Shown piece after piece: positions 50,081 through 61,519 of a DNA stretch of 64,000 nt (its first letter is position 1; each line of letters starts with the position of its first letter). A program made the position numbers and the translations under genes. This DNA comes from Octopus bimaculoides (lineage: Eukaryota), in NCBI RefSeq assembly GCF_001194135.2, contig NC_068983.1, positions 106,929,036 through 106,993,035 on the forward strand, in the 5' to 3' direction. The notes under the pieces were generated by a model. That model saw nothing but the letters and a program-made list of their open reading frames with translations. It did not search any database and was not told where the DNA came from.

Positions 50081-51084
50081 CAAACAAAAAATAGACCAAT
50101 ATTGGAACCTCTACCAAATTATTTTCAGGAGGGAAATTTTGATGCTAGAGATGTAATAAATTTTAGAAATGAATGCTATTTCACAAACAAGAGAATAACT
50201 AAAGCAAAGGAATCAAGCAAAATCACAGAAAAACAAGCAGCTGACAGCATTCTTTTCTCTTATTCTTTTCTTTTACCTGTTTCAGTCACTTGAGTGTGGC
50301 CATGCTGGAGCAACACCTTGTAGGAATTTAGTTGAACAAATTGATGCGAGGACTTATTTTTTTAAAACCTAGCACTTGTCCTCTCAGTCATAGGATGGAA
50401 GTTAGGACACCAACTTCAAGAATTTAGTTAGTCTCATTGAGCCCACTACTCACTTCATTCTGAGAATTTATTCTGTCTACTTATATTTCTGAATGGTTAA
50501 GCTATGATACAGCAATGATACTAGTCTTAACCATAAACACAGACATGGATGTGGACATAAGGACACATCTACAACCCACAAGGCATTGGTTAACATCAGG
50601 CTAAGGTGGAAGACACTTACTTGCCCAAGATGTCATAGAGAGATTTATCCTGGCAGCATGTAGCTGTAAAGCAAACTTCCTAATAATACAACTTTACCTT
50701 AGTGGCCAAATTATCTAAATTATAATTAGAACATTAAATCACATAATTATTTCAGCCATGTTCTTCAGGGACAGCAATAGTGGATTAAGCTGCCCAAAGA
50801 AAGAAGAACGGCAAAGTCTACCCCCAACAAGATTTGAACTCAAACATAATGATGCATATCTAAATACCACAAGGTATTTAATCCATCACCCTATTGTTTT
50901 AGTCTTTCACTGTTGTCTCTCAGGATTTAATAATAAACAAAGAGATTTTGGGGTTAGCTCAAAGCAGAGTAAAGAATTAATTAGATATGATTATTGGATG
51001 ATGATGGGAAATAATAAGCCCTATGAAAATATGTTATATTTATTTATTTGAACAATTCAAATTGAAAGTAGAATATTAGTCACT

Positions 51085-51300
51085 CTCTGACAGGCTTATA
51101 GTTGAGCCTGTGGTTGTGGAAACCTCCAGCATTCTCGGCCCCCAGAACAATATCCCTGCTCACTGTTTATCGGAGCAGAAATGGCTGTCTGCAAATGTGA
51201 GCCCCATGAGTCAGAGTGGCTGTTCAAGCATGTCTCCCTCACTATTCTTCAAGGCATCACCTTTTCCTTTTTGTCGGCTGGGATCATGAGGCAGTCTGAA
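51085..51300 (+). mobile_element. CRE/RLE-type non-LTR retrotransposon C-terminal relic
   Basis: VEPVVVETSSILGPRT..EWLFKHVSLTILQG resembles the RLE C-terminus P.avET.G..gp..QrlslavqrGN. Confidence 0.4.
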
Positions 51301-51436
51301 TTAAGGAAATTGTACATTCCACTGTTTAATATTTTAGTTTATAGTAATGATTTTGATAAATTGTCTAAATGTAAGTACAAAGGTTGTTGGACCCACTGAA
51401 ATTAGCTAACACACACGCACACACATATATGGGTAC

Positions 51437-51646
51437 ACATGTAGTTGTGCGGTAAGAAGCCTGCTTCCAAACCACATGATTTTAGGTTCAATTCCACAGC
51501 ATAATATCTCAGGCAAGTGTCTTTTGCTATAGCCCAAAGCTATAGTAGAAGTGTCTTCTATAACAAGTGTCTTTAGGTGTAGCCTTGGGCTAACTGAAGC
51601 CTTGTGAATGGTTTCGGTAGATGGAAACTGAAAGAAGCCTATCATA

Positions 51647-51698
<52 letters not shown>

Positions 51699-51915
51699 TG
51701 TGCATGGGCATATCTTTGTGTGCTTGTGTTTTTCCCCCACCATTGCTTGACAGCCAGTGTTGGCTTGTTTACATCCCTGTAACTTAGCAATTTGGCAAAA
51801 AGAGACCAATAGAATAGGTACCAAGCTTTAAAAAAAAAAAAGTACTGAGAATGACTTGTTTGACTAAATCCTTCAAGGCAGTGCCCCAGCATGGCCACAG
51901 TCTACTGACTGAAAC
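51437..51915 (+). mobile_element. full-length SINE-A with internal (TG)n
   Basis: Head, CORE-like segment, (TG)n linker and 3' half in order. Confidence 0.8.
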
Positions 51916-52406
51916 AAGTAAAAGATAAAAGGTAAAGATATATAGATGCATACACACATGTACACCCCTCTCCCAACGCACATACATATATATATAAACA
52001 CATACACACACAAACTAGGATGGCTTGCCTCTTAATGTCAATTGGCTTATGGCTTAAGGCCTTTTTCTAATTCTGTTTTATCATTAAATCTTCCAAGTAG
52101 ATGTTTTTAGTATTAAATGTTTTGGGAACTTACACTTTTCTCATGTCTGATGTTTTATAGATGGAATGAACTGTTTTATCCAGTGTCTAGAGATTTTTAT
52201 CTTTGAATACACCTTCTAAATATATTTTTATGATGTGTTATTTCCCCCCCCCCAAAAAAAAAGTATTTTACACTATTTATGTTTCATGTTTGCTTAAATA
52301 AAACAGGATTTTGTTTACAATATCTTTTGTACAATATCCTTCATAAAATGAACTGGTTGAAGCTGCAATGATACATCAAAATCCTGTGATCATTTAGGTA
52401 AAAAGT

Positions 52407-52792
52407 GTTGAGTGTTAGCACTCCGTCGCTTACGAAGTCGAGGGTTCCATTTGATCTGATCAATGGAACAGCCTGCTCGTGAAATTAACATGCAAGTGGC
52501 TGAGCACTCCACAGACACGTGTACCCTTAACGTAGTTCTCGGGGATATTCAGCGTGACACAGTGTGTCAAGGCTAACCCTTCGAATTACAGGCACAACAG
52601 AAACAGGAAGTAAGAGTGAGAGAAAGTTGTGAAAGAATACAGCAGGGTTCGCCACCATCCCCTGCCGGAGCCTCGTGGGGCTTTAGGTGTTTTCGCTCAA
52701 TAAACACTCACAACGCCCGGTCTGGGAATCGAAACCGCGATCCTATGACCGCGAGTCCGCTGCCCTAACCACTGGGCCATTGTGCCTCCACT
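52407..52792 (-). mobile_element. young full-length SINE-C
   Basis: A box TGGCCCAGTGG, B box GGTTTCGATTCCC, CpG-rich; perfect 10-bp TSD GGTAAAAAGT (52397-52406, 52793-52802); 3' hairpin GTTCCAT..ATGGAAC. Confidence 0.9.
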
Positions 52793-52807
52793 GGTAAAAA
52801 GTACATA

Positions 52808-53225
52808 GGCACAGATGTGGCTCTGTGGTAAGTCACTTGCTTACCAACCACATGGTTGTGGGTTCTGTCCCACTGCATGACACCTTGGGCAGGTGTCTTC
52901 TACTATATCCTTGGGCCGACCAAAGCCTTGTGAGTGTATTTGGTAGACAGAAGCCTGTTGTATATATAAATTTATATGTGTGTGTGTATGTATGTGTGTG
53001 TATTTATGTGTGTGTCTTTGTGTTTGTCCCTCCACCATCACTTGACAACTGATGTTGGTGTGTTTATGTCCCTGTAACTTAGTAGTTTGGCAAAAGAGAC
53101 TGATAGAATAAGTACTAGACTTACAAAAAATAAATCCTAGGGTCAATTTGTTCGACTAAAACCCTTTAAGGCAGTACTTCATCATGGCCACAGTCAAATG
53201 ACTGAAACAAGCAGAAGAATGAAAG
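52808..53225 (+). mobile_element. full-length SINE-A
   Basis: Head, linker microsatellite and 3' half in order. Confidence 0.8.
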
Positions 53226-54047
53226 AGATACTGAAAGTGAAAAATACTCTGGAACCAATATTAAACAATAGTTATCAAGGATTTTCTAAATATATCTAAT
53301 TTAAATGCATTCTAAATATGTTTATTTTTAATGCATCCAAAAAGCCACTAAATGCTTGTTTTCATTGATTAATAACCATATTTCTTTTAAAATACTGGAT
53401 ATGAACCTAATGACACTAACTCTGTATAAATCACAAAAATGATTCAGGTACATTTGATAAATGTTTTATGAATTTTTGAGTAGAAATTATTATTGAAGTG
53501 CGACTGAGATCTCAAATGTCTCCTGTTATTATCTTACACTCTAGCATCGACTTTCACTCTAGCATTGACATGTGTGCATGTGTTGTTAGATTCCAGCTTA
53601 TGATGATGGGAGCCAGTAGTTCAAAACCTTAACGCCACACTCATTTATGAGACTAAGAGTATTTTGAACTATTTCATTGAACTATTTCTTATTAAACAAA
53701 AATCCTTTATTTCATTCCAGAATTCTTACTCAGTTGTCATATAATCCATATTTTATGTGTTTTCTGGCAAAGTTTAACAGCACAAACAAAATATCAAATA
53801 AAGAAATTCACATGTTAGTATGATTCTCATATCATTTGATGGCTGTGCACCAAACCTTATTGTGAATTTCTGTTTGGCTTCAATAATTTGATTGTCATCA
53901 TCATTAATAAAAGAGCAAACATAAGGGTTTTCTGTCAGTTCTTATAAACAAATCACATTTAATTTTCAAACTTTACCAATGATTATATAAACTTACAAAA
54001 TTGTTGAATAGTATGAAATACTGACTATCAAAGTAAAGATATATATA

Positions 54048-55045
54048 TATCATCATCATCATCGTTTAACGTCCACTTTCCATGCTAGCATGGGTTGGAC
54101 GATTTGACTGAGGACTGGTGAAACCAGATGGCTACACCAGGCTCCAATCTGATTTGGCAGAGTTTCTACAGCTGGATGCCCTTCCTAACGCCAACCACTC
54201 AGAGAGTGTAGTGGGTGCTTTTACGTGTCACTTGCACGAAGGCCAGTCAGGCGGTACTGGCAACGGCCACATTCAAAATGGTGCATTTTATGTGCCACCC
54301 ACACAAGAACCAGTCCAGGGGCACTGGCAACGATCCCGATCGAAAATCTCATGAAGGCCTGCCAGGCAGCACTGGCAATGGCCACACCCAGAATGGTGCA
54401 TTTCATGTGTCACCCGCACATGAGCCAGTCCAGGGGCACTGGCAACGATCTCGCTCGAAAATCCTATGACGGCCCCGCACAAGAGCCAGTCCAGGGGCAC
54501 CGGCAACGATCTCGCTCGAAAATTTTCATGTGTCACCCACACAAGAACCAGTCCAGGGGCACTGGCAACGATCTCAATCGAAAATCCCACGGAGGCCAGC
54601 CAGACGGCACTGGCAATGGCAACGGCCACGCCCAAAATGGTGCATTTCATGTGTCGCCCGCACATGAGCCAGTCCAGGGGCATTGGCAACGATCTCGCTA
54701 NNNNNNNNNNNNNNNNNNNNNNNTGGCCACACCCAGAATGGTGCATTTCATGTGTCACCCGCACATGAGCCAGTCCAGGGGCACTGGCAACGATCTCGCT
54801 CGAAAATCCTATGACGGCCCCGCACAAGAGCCAGTCCAGGGGCACCGGCAACGATCTCGCTCGAAAATTTTCATGTGTCACCCACACAAGAACCAGTCCA
54901 GGGGCACTGGCAACGATCTCAATCGAAAATCCCACGGAGGCCAGCCAGACGGCACTGGCAATGGCAACGGCCACGCCCAAAATGGTGCATTTCATGTGTC
55001 GCCCGCACATGAGCCAGTCCAGGGGCATTGGCAACGATCTCGCTA
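54048..55045 (-). mobile_element. RTE-type 3' end with an expanded tandem-repeat UTR
   Basis: (CAT)n tail motif, then repeated CCAGTCCAGGGGCACTGGCAACGATCTC units; 54379-54700 is identical to 54724-55045 across a 23-N gap. Confidence 0.75.
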
Positions 55046-55084
55046 ATATTCGAAATCTCTCTTTCTCTTCTCTCTCTCCCCATA

Positions 55085-55360
55085 TATATCTTATCATCAT
55101 CATCATTATCATCATTTAACATCTGTTTTCCATGTTGGCATAGATTGGATGGTTTGACCAGAGGTGGCAAGCAGGAGAGCTGCACCAGTTTCCAATCTGA
55201 TTTGACCTGGTTTCTATGGCTGGATGCCCTTCCTAATGTCAACCACTTTACAGAGTGTGCTGGGTGCTTTTTATGTGGGCCACCATGGGTGCTTTTTGCA
55301 TGTGCTGGCACAGGTGCTCTATATGTGGATCAACTTGGGTGCTTTTCACATGGACTAGCA
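55085..55360 (-). mobile_element. RTE-type 3' end
   Basis: (CAT)n-TTTAACATCTGTTTTCCATGTTGGCAT...GGATGCCCTTCCTAATG. Confidence 0.7.
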
Positions 55361-55588
55361 TGAGGGCACTTGCAAAGCAATACCCATTCAGCTGGGGTGT
55401 GGTTGTTGGGGAGCATTAACAATTTTGCTGTTGTGGACAGATCTAATATTAAATGTTTTGGAAATTTATACTTTTCTCATGTCAGAATGAACTGTTTTAT
55501 CCAGTGTCTAGAGATCTTATCTTAGAATACTCCTTCTAAATATATTTTTATGATGTGATATTTCCAAGGTAAAAAGTATAATTACTAG

Positions 55589-55869
55589 GCCGTATGTAAA
55601 CAAACAAGTTTGTTTTTTGAAGCGCTGAAATGTATGGTAGAACAAGTAGAAAGATAAATTTTATTCAACGCATAGATAGTGAACAGTATAGATATAAAGG
55701 ATAAAATCCTTTTTTCTTTTTAAAAGCTGAAAAATCTGTCGGCAGCCAGCCATGAGGATCGAACTCACTGTGAGTTTCAGCTTTTAAAAAGAAAAAAGGA
55801 TTTTATCCTTTATATCTATACTGTTCAGTATCTATGCATTGAATAAAATTTATCTTTCTACTTGTTCTA
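55589..55869. mobile_element. tRNA-T-arm-containing element with fold-back and TSD
   Basis: 95-bp arms 55638-55732 / 55775-55869 (2 mismatches); T-arm GTGAG-TTCGATC-CTCAT on the minus strand; flanking TAATTACTAG / TAATTATTAG. Confidence 0.7.
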
Positions 55870-56104
55870 TAATTATTAGAATTGTTATGCCAGTGGTGGT
55901 ATACAGTAATATAAATAATATTCGAAATATCTATATGAGAGCTGTATACCAGTAAGCTGTGAAAATATGTAGAGACTAATTTTTTGGTGGAGTCTGATTT
56001 AAGAAAAAGACACTATCATACCAACATACACTTTTGAGCATATTTTGAAAGTGCTAAGAAAAATTAATAACCATAAGCTAGAGACATTATAAGAAATAAT
56101 TTTT

Positions 56105-56330
56105 TAAGGCAGAGAGCTGGCAGAATCATTAGCATACTGGGCAAAATGCTTAGCAGTATTTCATCTATCTTTATGTTCTGAGTTCAAATTCTGCCGAGGT
56201 CAACTTTGCTTTGCATCCTTTCAGGGTCAATAAAACAAGTACCAGTTGAGTACTGAGATCAATGTAATCGACTCTACCCCTCCCCCAAGTTTCAGGCTTT
56301 GTGCCTATAGTAGAAAGGATTATTAGAGAT
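56105..56330 (+). mobile_element. SINE-B
   Basis: AAGGCAGAGAGCTGGCAGAATCATTAGC...GTTCTGAGTTCAAATTCTGCCGAGGTCAACTTTGC. Confidence 0.8.
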
Positions 56331-56579
56331 AATTTGTTAATTATATTTTGAGTGTTGTCTTGCATTTGAAGGTTCAGTGGTGTGTTTGCAATATTTGTGT
56401 CCATTTTGTATACTATTTTAACATATTTTTTTTATCTTTTACTGGTTTTAGTCATTTACTGGGGCATCACCTTGAAGGGTTTTAGTCAAACAAATGACCC
56501 TCCACCCTACCCCCATCAAAATTTGAAGAGTTAGCTAATAGATAAGTCACATTGCAATTACCGTCAAATCATTTAAAAT

Positions 56580-56930
56580 ATTCTGGGTTCAGTCCCATTG
56601 CGTGGCACCTTGGGCAAGTGTCTTCTACTATAGCCTCGGGCTGACCAAAGCCTTATGAGTGGATTTGGTAGACAGAAACTGAAAGAAGCCCATCGTATAT
56701 ATGTATATATATATGTATGTATACACGTGTGTTTGTGTTTGTGTGTCTGTGTTAGTCCCCCCAACATCGCTTGACAACTGATGCTGGTGTGTTTACGTCC
56801 CCATAACAGCGGTTTGGCAAAAAAGACCGATAGAATAAGTACTAGGCTTACAAAAAAATAAGTCCTGGGGTCGATTTGCTCGACTAAATAACTGAAACAA
56901 GTAAAAGAGTAAAAGAGTAAAAGAGTATAT
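56580..56930 (+). mobile_element. SINE-A (5'-truncated)
   Basis: GGGTTCAGTCCCATTGCGTGGCACCTTGGGCAAGTG...linker...GACTGAAACAAGTAAAAGAG. Confidence 0.8.
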
Positions 56931-57699
56931 GACTGATATATCAGAGACAATTCATTCTGATGCACTGATTCATATGCAAGACATTAACTGGGGGAGTTAT
57001 TTCTGAGAAATGCTACATAGATTATTAATTAGCAAAACCTTCTGCATGTACAACTTTAATACCATGATTTAATATTACTTTTACATTGGGAATTCTCTTG
57101 GAGAAGTGTTAAGAAATCTACATAAATTTTATGTCTGTACAGGTAAATGAAATTATTAAAATAAATTAAATGGCTTGATGAAATTAATAAAATATAAATA
57201 ATTATATACATGAAATGTGTAAAGAAATAAAATGTCTTGAACTAAAATTTCATTTGCCAAATTACTATCACATGGATTATATATTTGTGACATTTAAACA
57301 ATAATGTGAAGAACTTTAGGGATATAAACTTGTTTCATATGTCATTGAAGACATAGAAAACCGTTTGTTTTAGATATCCATAAATTTATGTACTGGGTTT
57401 CAGAACTTCTTAAAAAGGTGAAATTTCATTTGCAATATCTAGTATGGAAAATGTCTGATATTTGCATGAAGAAATGCAATTGCTAAATGAATGATTGCTT
57501 TATGTTTTATGAATTCTGAGTTGTCGGTAATATTATGTCCTTGCAAAATGGAGTCAACTCTCTAGAAATCAAGTTCTCCAATAACACCTACTTGTCCAAA
57601 AATAGAGTAAATATAGTTATTATTGTTTTGGCCTAGATCAGCTCTGATTGAGTAAGCTTTTGATGCAGTCATAATCATCCCAGCTATCTTTTCAGATAT

Positions 57700-58010
57700 T
57701 GTATATCTTGCTAGGTCTACATTTTTTTTTAAAGCTAATAGTGTAGAACCAGTGAGGTGACTTTGGTTCCTTGAAAGATAAAAGGAATCCATCCTAACCA
57801 CTACATGTCATCTTTGATTGGGGCAACATTATAAGTAGAATGAGCAGAAGTGAGGGTGACAGCAGAACATGAACCAAAATGGAAGGGAGAAAGAAATGTG
57901 ACATCAAACGAGAAAAAGAGTGATTGGGGTGGCATTTTGGTAACTTGTTGGTGGAGTAATTCGGAATAGGGCCAATAGCATGGAAAGTTGTCAGCCACAC
58001 AAGTGAGAGA
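57700..58010 (-). mobile_element. CR1/L2-like LINE relic
   Basis: ..DNFPCYW..FLSPFHFGSCSAVTL..VRMDSFYLSR.. resembles the region read at 17050-17740. Confidence 0.3.
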
Positions 58011-58464
58011 TACTAATAGCATCTACATGTTTACTGATAAAAGAGAAAGAACTGTAGGATATCAGATACCACCAAATGGTCTGATATATTTCCCTTGATG
58101 CTTGAGCATTGTTGAGTATGAAAGGAGGCCCCAGTCATCATGCTTGAGTGAGTAATCTGTTTCTGACTCACTCTTTCTTTCTCTTTCATCAACAAACATA
58201 CACCTACCAACTCTGCTTTCAATGACAGTTCATGCAAAAGTGGAAAGTTTATATATTTGTTGTTTTAAACATTAGAGTGGCACTTCCTCAGACCTGCACC
58301 AAAGGTGAGCTCTTACATTGCATGCCCATCAGACTTTGTGTTTTGCTTATATCTGAAGGCTAAAATGTGTAAAAAAAATAATAGAATAAAAGAATATATA
58401 TATGCAGGGCAGGTAGGGAACATGCCTGTTCTGAGTGCTCCTAATCTTGTTGGTTTGTGGGCTT

Positions 58465-58660
58465 GTGGGTACTGGTGCCATGCAAAAGGCACTCATATCA
58501 GTGCCTTGTAAAAGCAGCCAGTACACTCTGTAAAGTGGTTAATGTTAGGAAGGGCATCCAGCTGTAGAAACGATGCGAAAACAGACATGGAGCCTGAGCA
58601 GCTCTTCAGCTGGTCAGCTCCTGTCAAACCATCCATGATGAGAATGATGAAGATGATGCT
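58465..58660 (+). mobile_element. RTE-type 3' end
   Basis: GTTAGGAAGGGCATCCAGCTGTAGAAAC...GTCAAACCATCC..(GAT)n. Confidence 0.6.
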
Positions 58661-59259
58661 ATAATAAGTGTATGTGTGTGTGTATATGTGTGTGTATGTG
58701 TGTGTGTGTATGTGTGCATGTGGTGTGGTATGGATGTGCATGTAATTGTTAGATTGATTTTTAATATCCATGACGTCATTCAAATAAAGGTACTTAACTT
58801 TTTTCCCATTTTGAATGCAGATAACAAATTGAATTTAAAAATAAAAGTCCCTACAGAGAGTATCCTTTCTGACCTAATTCAATGAATTAATGATTTTTAG
58901 AATTCAGTCTCACTTAGCAACAATTACACACATTGTGTCCTCTTTATTCTTCCATTTCAATGTTTTTTTTTTTATCACTGCCATTATTGGCACAACACAC
59001 ATTATCAACAAAGTTTCTCTGACATCATTATCACCACTAGCACCACCGCCACCACCATCACAACCTCATTACCACCACCACCACCACCACCACCACCACC
59101 GCCACCTTTTTTTGGTCATTGCTGCATTTTNNNNNNNNNNTACCACCACCACCACCACCACCACCACCACCGCCACCTTTTTTTGGTCATTGCTGCATTT
59201 TTTGCTAACTCTGTATAATCTTTGTTTTAGAAAATAATATTGACAGACCCTCATCTTAC

Positions 59260-60368
59260 ACAAGAAATGAAGAGGCATTTAGAAATATGATTTTTAAAAG
59301 TTTCCAGATCTTTCAGCTACAAAGTTTGTAAAGAGCTAGAGACTGAAGATGGAAACATATCACCAATATCAAAGCACAAAAAGCATTCTAAACACTCTGA
59401 AATCATCAGAACACTTGAATTTATTCAGCAAGTTCAAAAGACTATTGATTACAATCCCAGAAAGTCAATGAGGTCAATTGCATAAGATCTCCATGTGTCA
59501 GAAGGAACAATCAGAAATGTTGTCCACGAAGACATCAGATATGTCTTATATGATGAGGAAAGGTCAATTTGTCAGAAAAAACAAAAGAAAATCTCTACAT
59601 CAGATATAAAAGGCTCTTAAACGAACTGAAAAATCCAGCAGAAGATTTGACGTGGTTTTTCTCAATTGAGAAAAACTTCGAGCAAGATCAAAAAGTTAAC
59701 AGTAAAAATGACAGATTGTTATGTGCAGACCCTTTTGAAGTTCCAAGTGTTATGCATACAAAATTTCCTGAAACTGTCATAGTTTTAGGGGTTGTCAGCA
59801 ATGAAGGACATGTAATGCCTCCTTACTTCTTTCCACAAGGCCTTAGAGTTAACTCTGCTGCCTACATAGAGGTCCTGGAAATAATTGTTAAGCCCTGGAT
59901 AGACAGTGTATGCAATGGAAGGCTATGTGTGTTTCAGTAAGACTCTGCACTATCACACATGGCTCTAGTAACACAGGAATGGATGGTTGAAAATTTTCAT
60001 GATTACATAACCCCTAACATTTGGCCTCCTAATTTCCCAGATCTCAGTCCATTGGACTATTACATGTAAAGAGTTGTTAAGAGAGAGGTCAATGAACATG
60101 CCCACAACAACAAGGATTATTTGACAGCTGCCAGTCAGAGTAATGTCCAAAATGAACCAGGATTACTTGATTCAAGCATGTAGATGATTTAGATCTCATA
60201 TAGAAGCAGTTGTTGAAGCTGAACGTGGCTTTATTGAATAAAATTATAGAAAAGAAGGTTTATTTTTATCCTCATAGAATTTTTTGATAAAGTTATTATC
60301 TCTTATTATATATCTGTTTTTTTTTTATAAACATAAATCTGTCCTCAAATATCTTACAGCCTCTGTGT
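59260..60368 (+). mobile_element. Tc1/mariner DD37D (maT) transposon relic
   Basis: WFFSIEKNFEQDQKVN..VLGVVSNEGHVMPP..FQ*DSALSH..WPPNFPDLSPLDY; 37 residues between D at 59941 and D at 60055; stops and frameshifts. Confidence 0.85.
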
Positions 60369-60396
60369 ATATATATGAATATGTATATATGCACAC

Positions 60397-60429
<33 letters not shown>

Positions 60430-60495
60430 TACATACATACATACATACATACATACGTACATACATACATACATACATATATATATATATATGTA

Positions 60496-60548
<53 letters not shown>

Positions 60549-60654
60549 ATGTATGTATGTATATATGCATGTATATATGTATGTATGTATGTATGTGTGT
60601 ATGTATATATGGATACAGTTATGTGTGTGTATGAATGTGTGCATGTCTGCTTGC

Positions 60655-60840
60655 ATTGCCATTGTGTAGTAATTGTAAAGTGGTATCACTAACTTCCAAT
60701 CTTCTGGTTATGAGCAAATATTACCTTGCTTGGAAATAAGTGAGGATTAGCAACAGGGAATGCATCCAGCTGTAAATATTTATCTGCCTCAATGAATTTC
60801 ATTTGCAAGCATGGAAAAGTGGATATTGAAATGCTGATGA
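60655..60840 (+). mobile_element. retroelement 3' tail (family D)
   Basis: AATATTACCTTGCTTGGAAA...GCATCCAGC...GCAAGCATGGAAAAGTGGA. Confidence 0.55.
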
Positions 60841-60879
60841 ATGAACCCAAATGAGATTGACCTAGCCTCAGAAAGATGA

Positions 60880-61500
60880 GAAGCCATTCCCTAAAAAAGA
60901 TCCCCAGCCCTAATCACTTTCTGTTCCAGGTGCTAGAAACTGCTTCTTCTGAATGTCCTTATAACCATCTTCAGAGTTGGACTAAACAAGAATTCTCTCA
61001 TGCTCTCTTTATTGCAAAATGTTAGTTGTTGACAGACTGAAAATGTGGTTTTCACTAACAGTCAATCACCCCCTATTTTGTACTCAATCATCACATTGTT
61101 TCTTTCTAGATTGTCAACTCTCATATGGCTGTTGCTCACTTGCATATAACAACTGAACTTTCTGTCCTACACCACCTTTCTGAGTTGTTTCTGTTTCCAC
61201 TAGGGTGCCCTAAGCTCGTATTGTGGTCTTCAAGAGATTTCGAGATATGTTTGTCCATGCACACTCTACCCAGCCTCATGTCATTACATGTCACCTCCAT
61301 ATCCACCAACACCCTATGCTGTGCCTCAAAGGTGACTAGAGGCCAACAAAAAATCAATATTTGCAACAATGTCTTTGGCCATAATCCTTCCGTTGCATCA
61401 CTCTGTATACTGTGGCACAGATGTGCAGAACACCAGCTCTATCTCTTGTTTCACTTTGTCTTTGGACACAAAAACCAGGCACATACTTCTATATATTCTA
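60880..61500 (-). mobile_element. RTE LINE ORF2 relic (endonuclease end and linker)
   Basis: FEAQHRVLVDM resembles the endonuclease C-terminal QHRLlv motif; decayed. Confidence 0.35.
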
Positions 61501-61519
61501 CCCAAGTCAAACACAATAC

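Noticed and set aside
52700-52792. tRNA gene
   Set aside because: A and B boxes are present but there is no acceptor stem; it continues into a SINE body with a TSD
53605-53640. ATGATGGGAGCCAGTAGTTCAAAAC, resembling the 47621 motif
   Set aside because: Both core segments are altered; too weak to call
54225-55115. 273-275 aa repetitive ORFs and a CRISPR-like repeat/spacer appearance
   Set aside because: Eukaryotic RTE UTR tandem repeat; the spacers are themselves repeated, there are no cas genes, and half is a probable assembly duplicate
55584-55615. Helitron 3' end (hairpin AAACAAAC-TT-GTTTGTTT plus CTAG|T on the minus strand)
   Set aside because: The hairpin is AT-rich and the CTAG lies inside an apparent 10-bp TSD, which Helitrons do not make
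59070-59200. Duplicated (ACC)n-GCCACCTTTTTTTGGTCATTGCTGCATTTT around a 10-N gap
   Set aside because: Typical unmerged contig overlap
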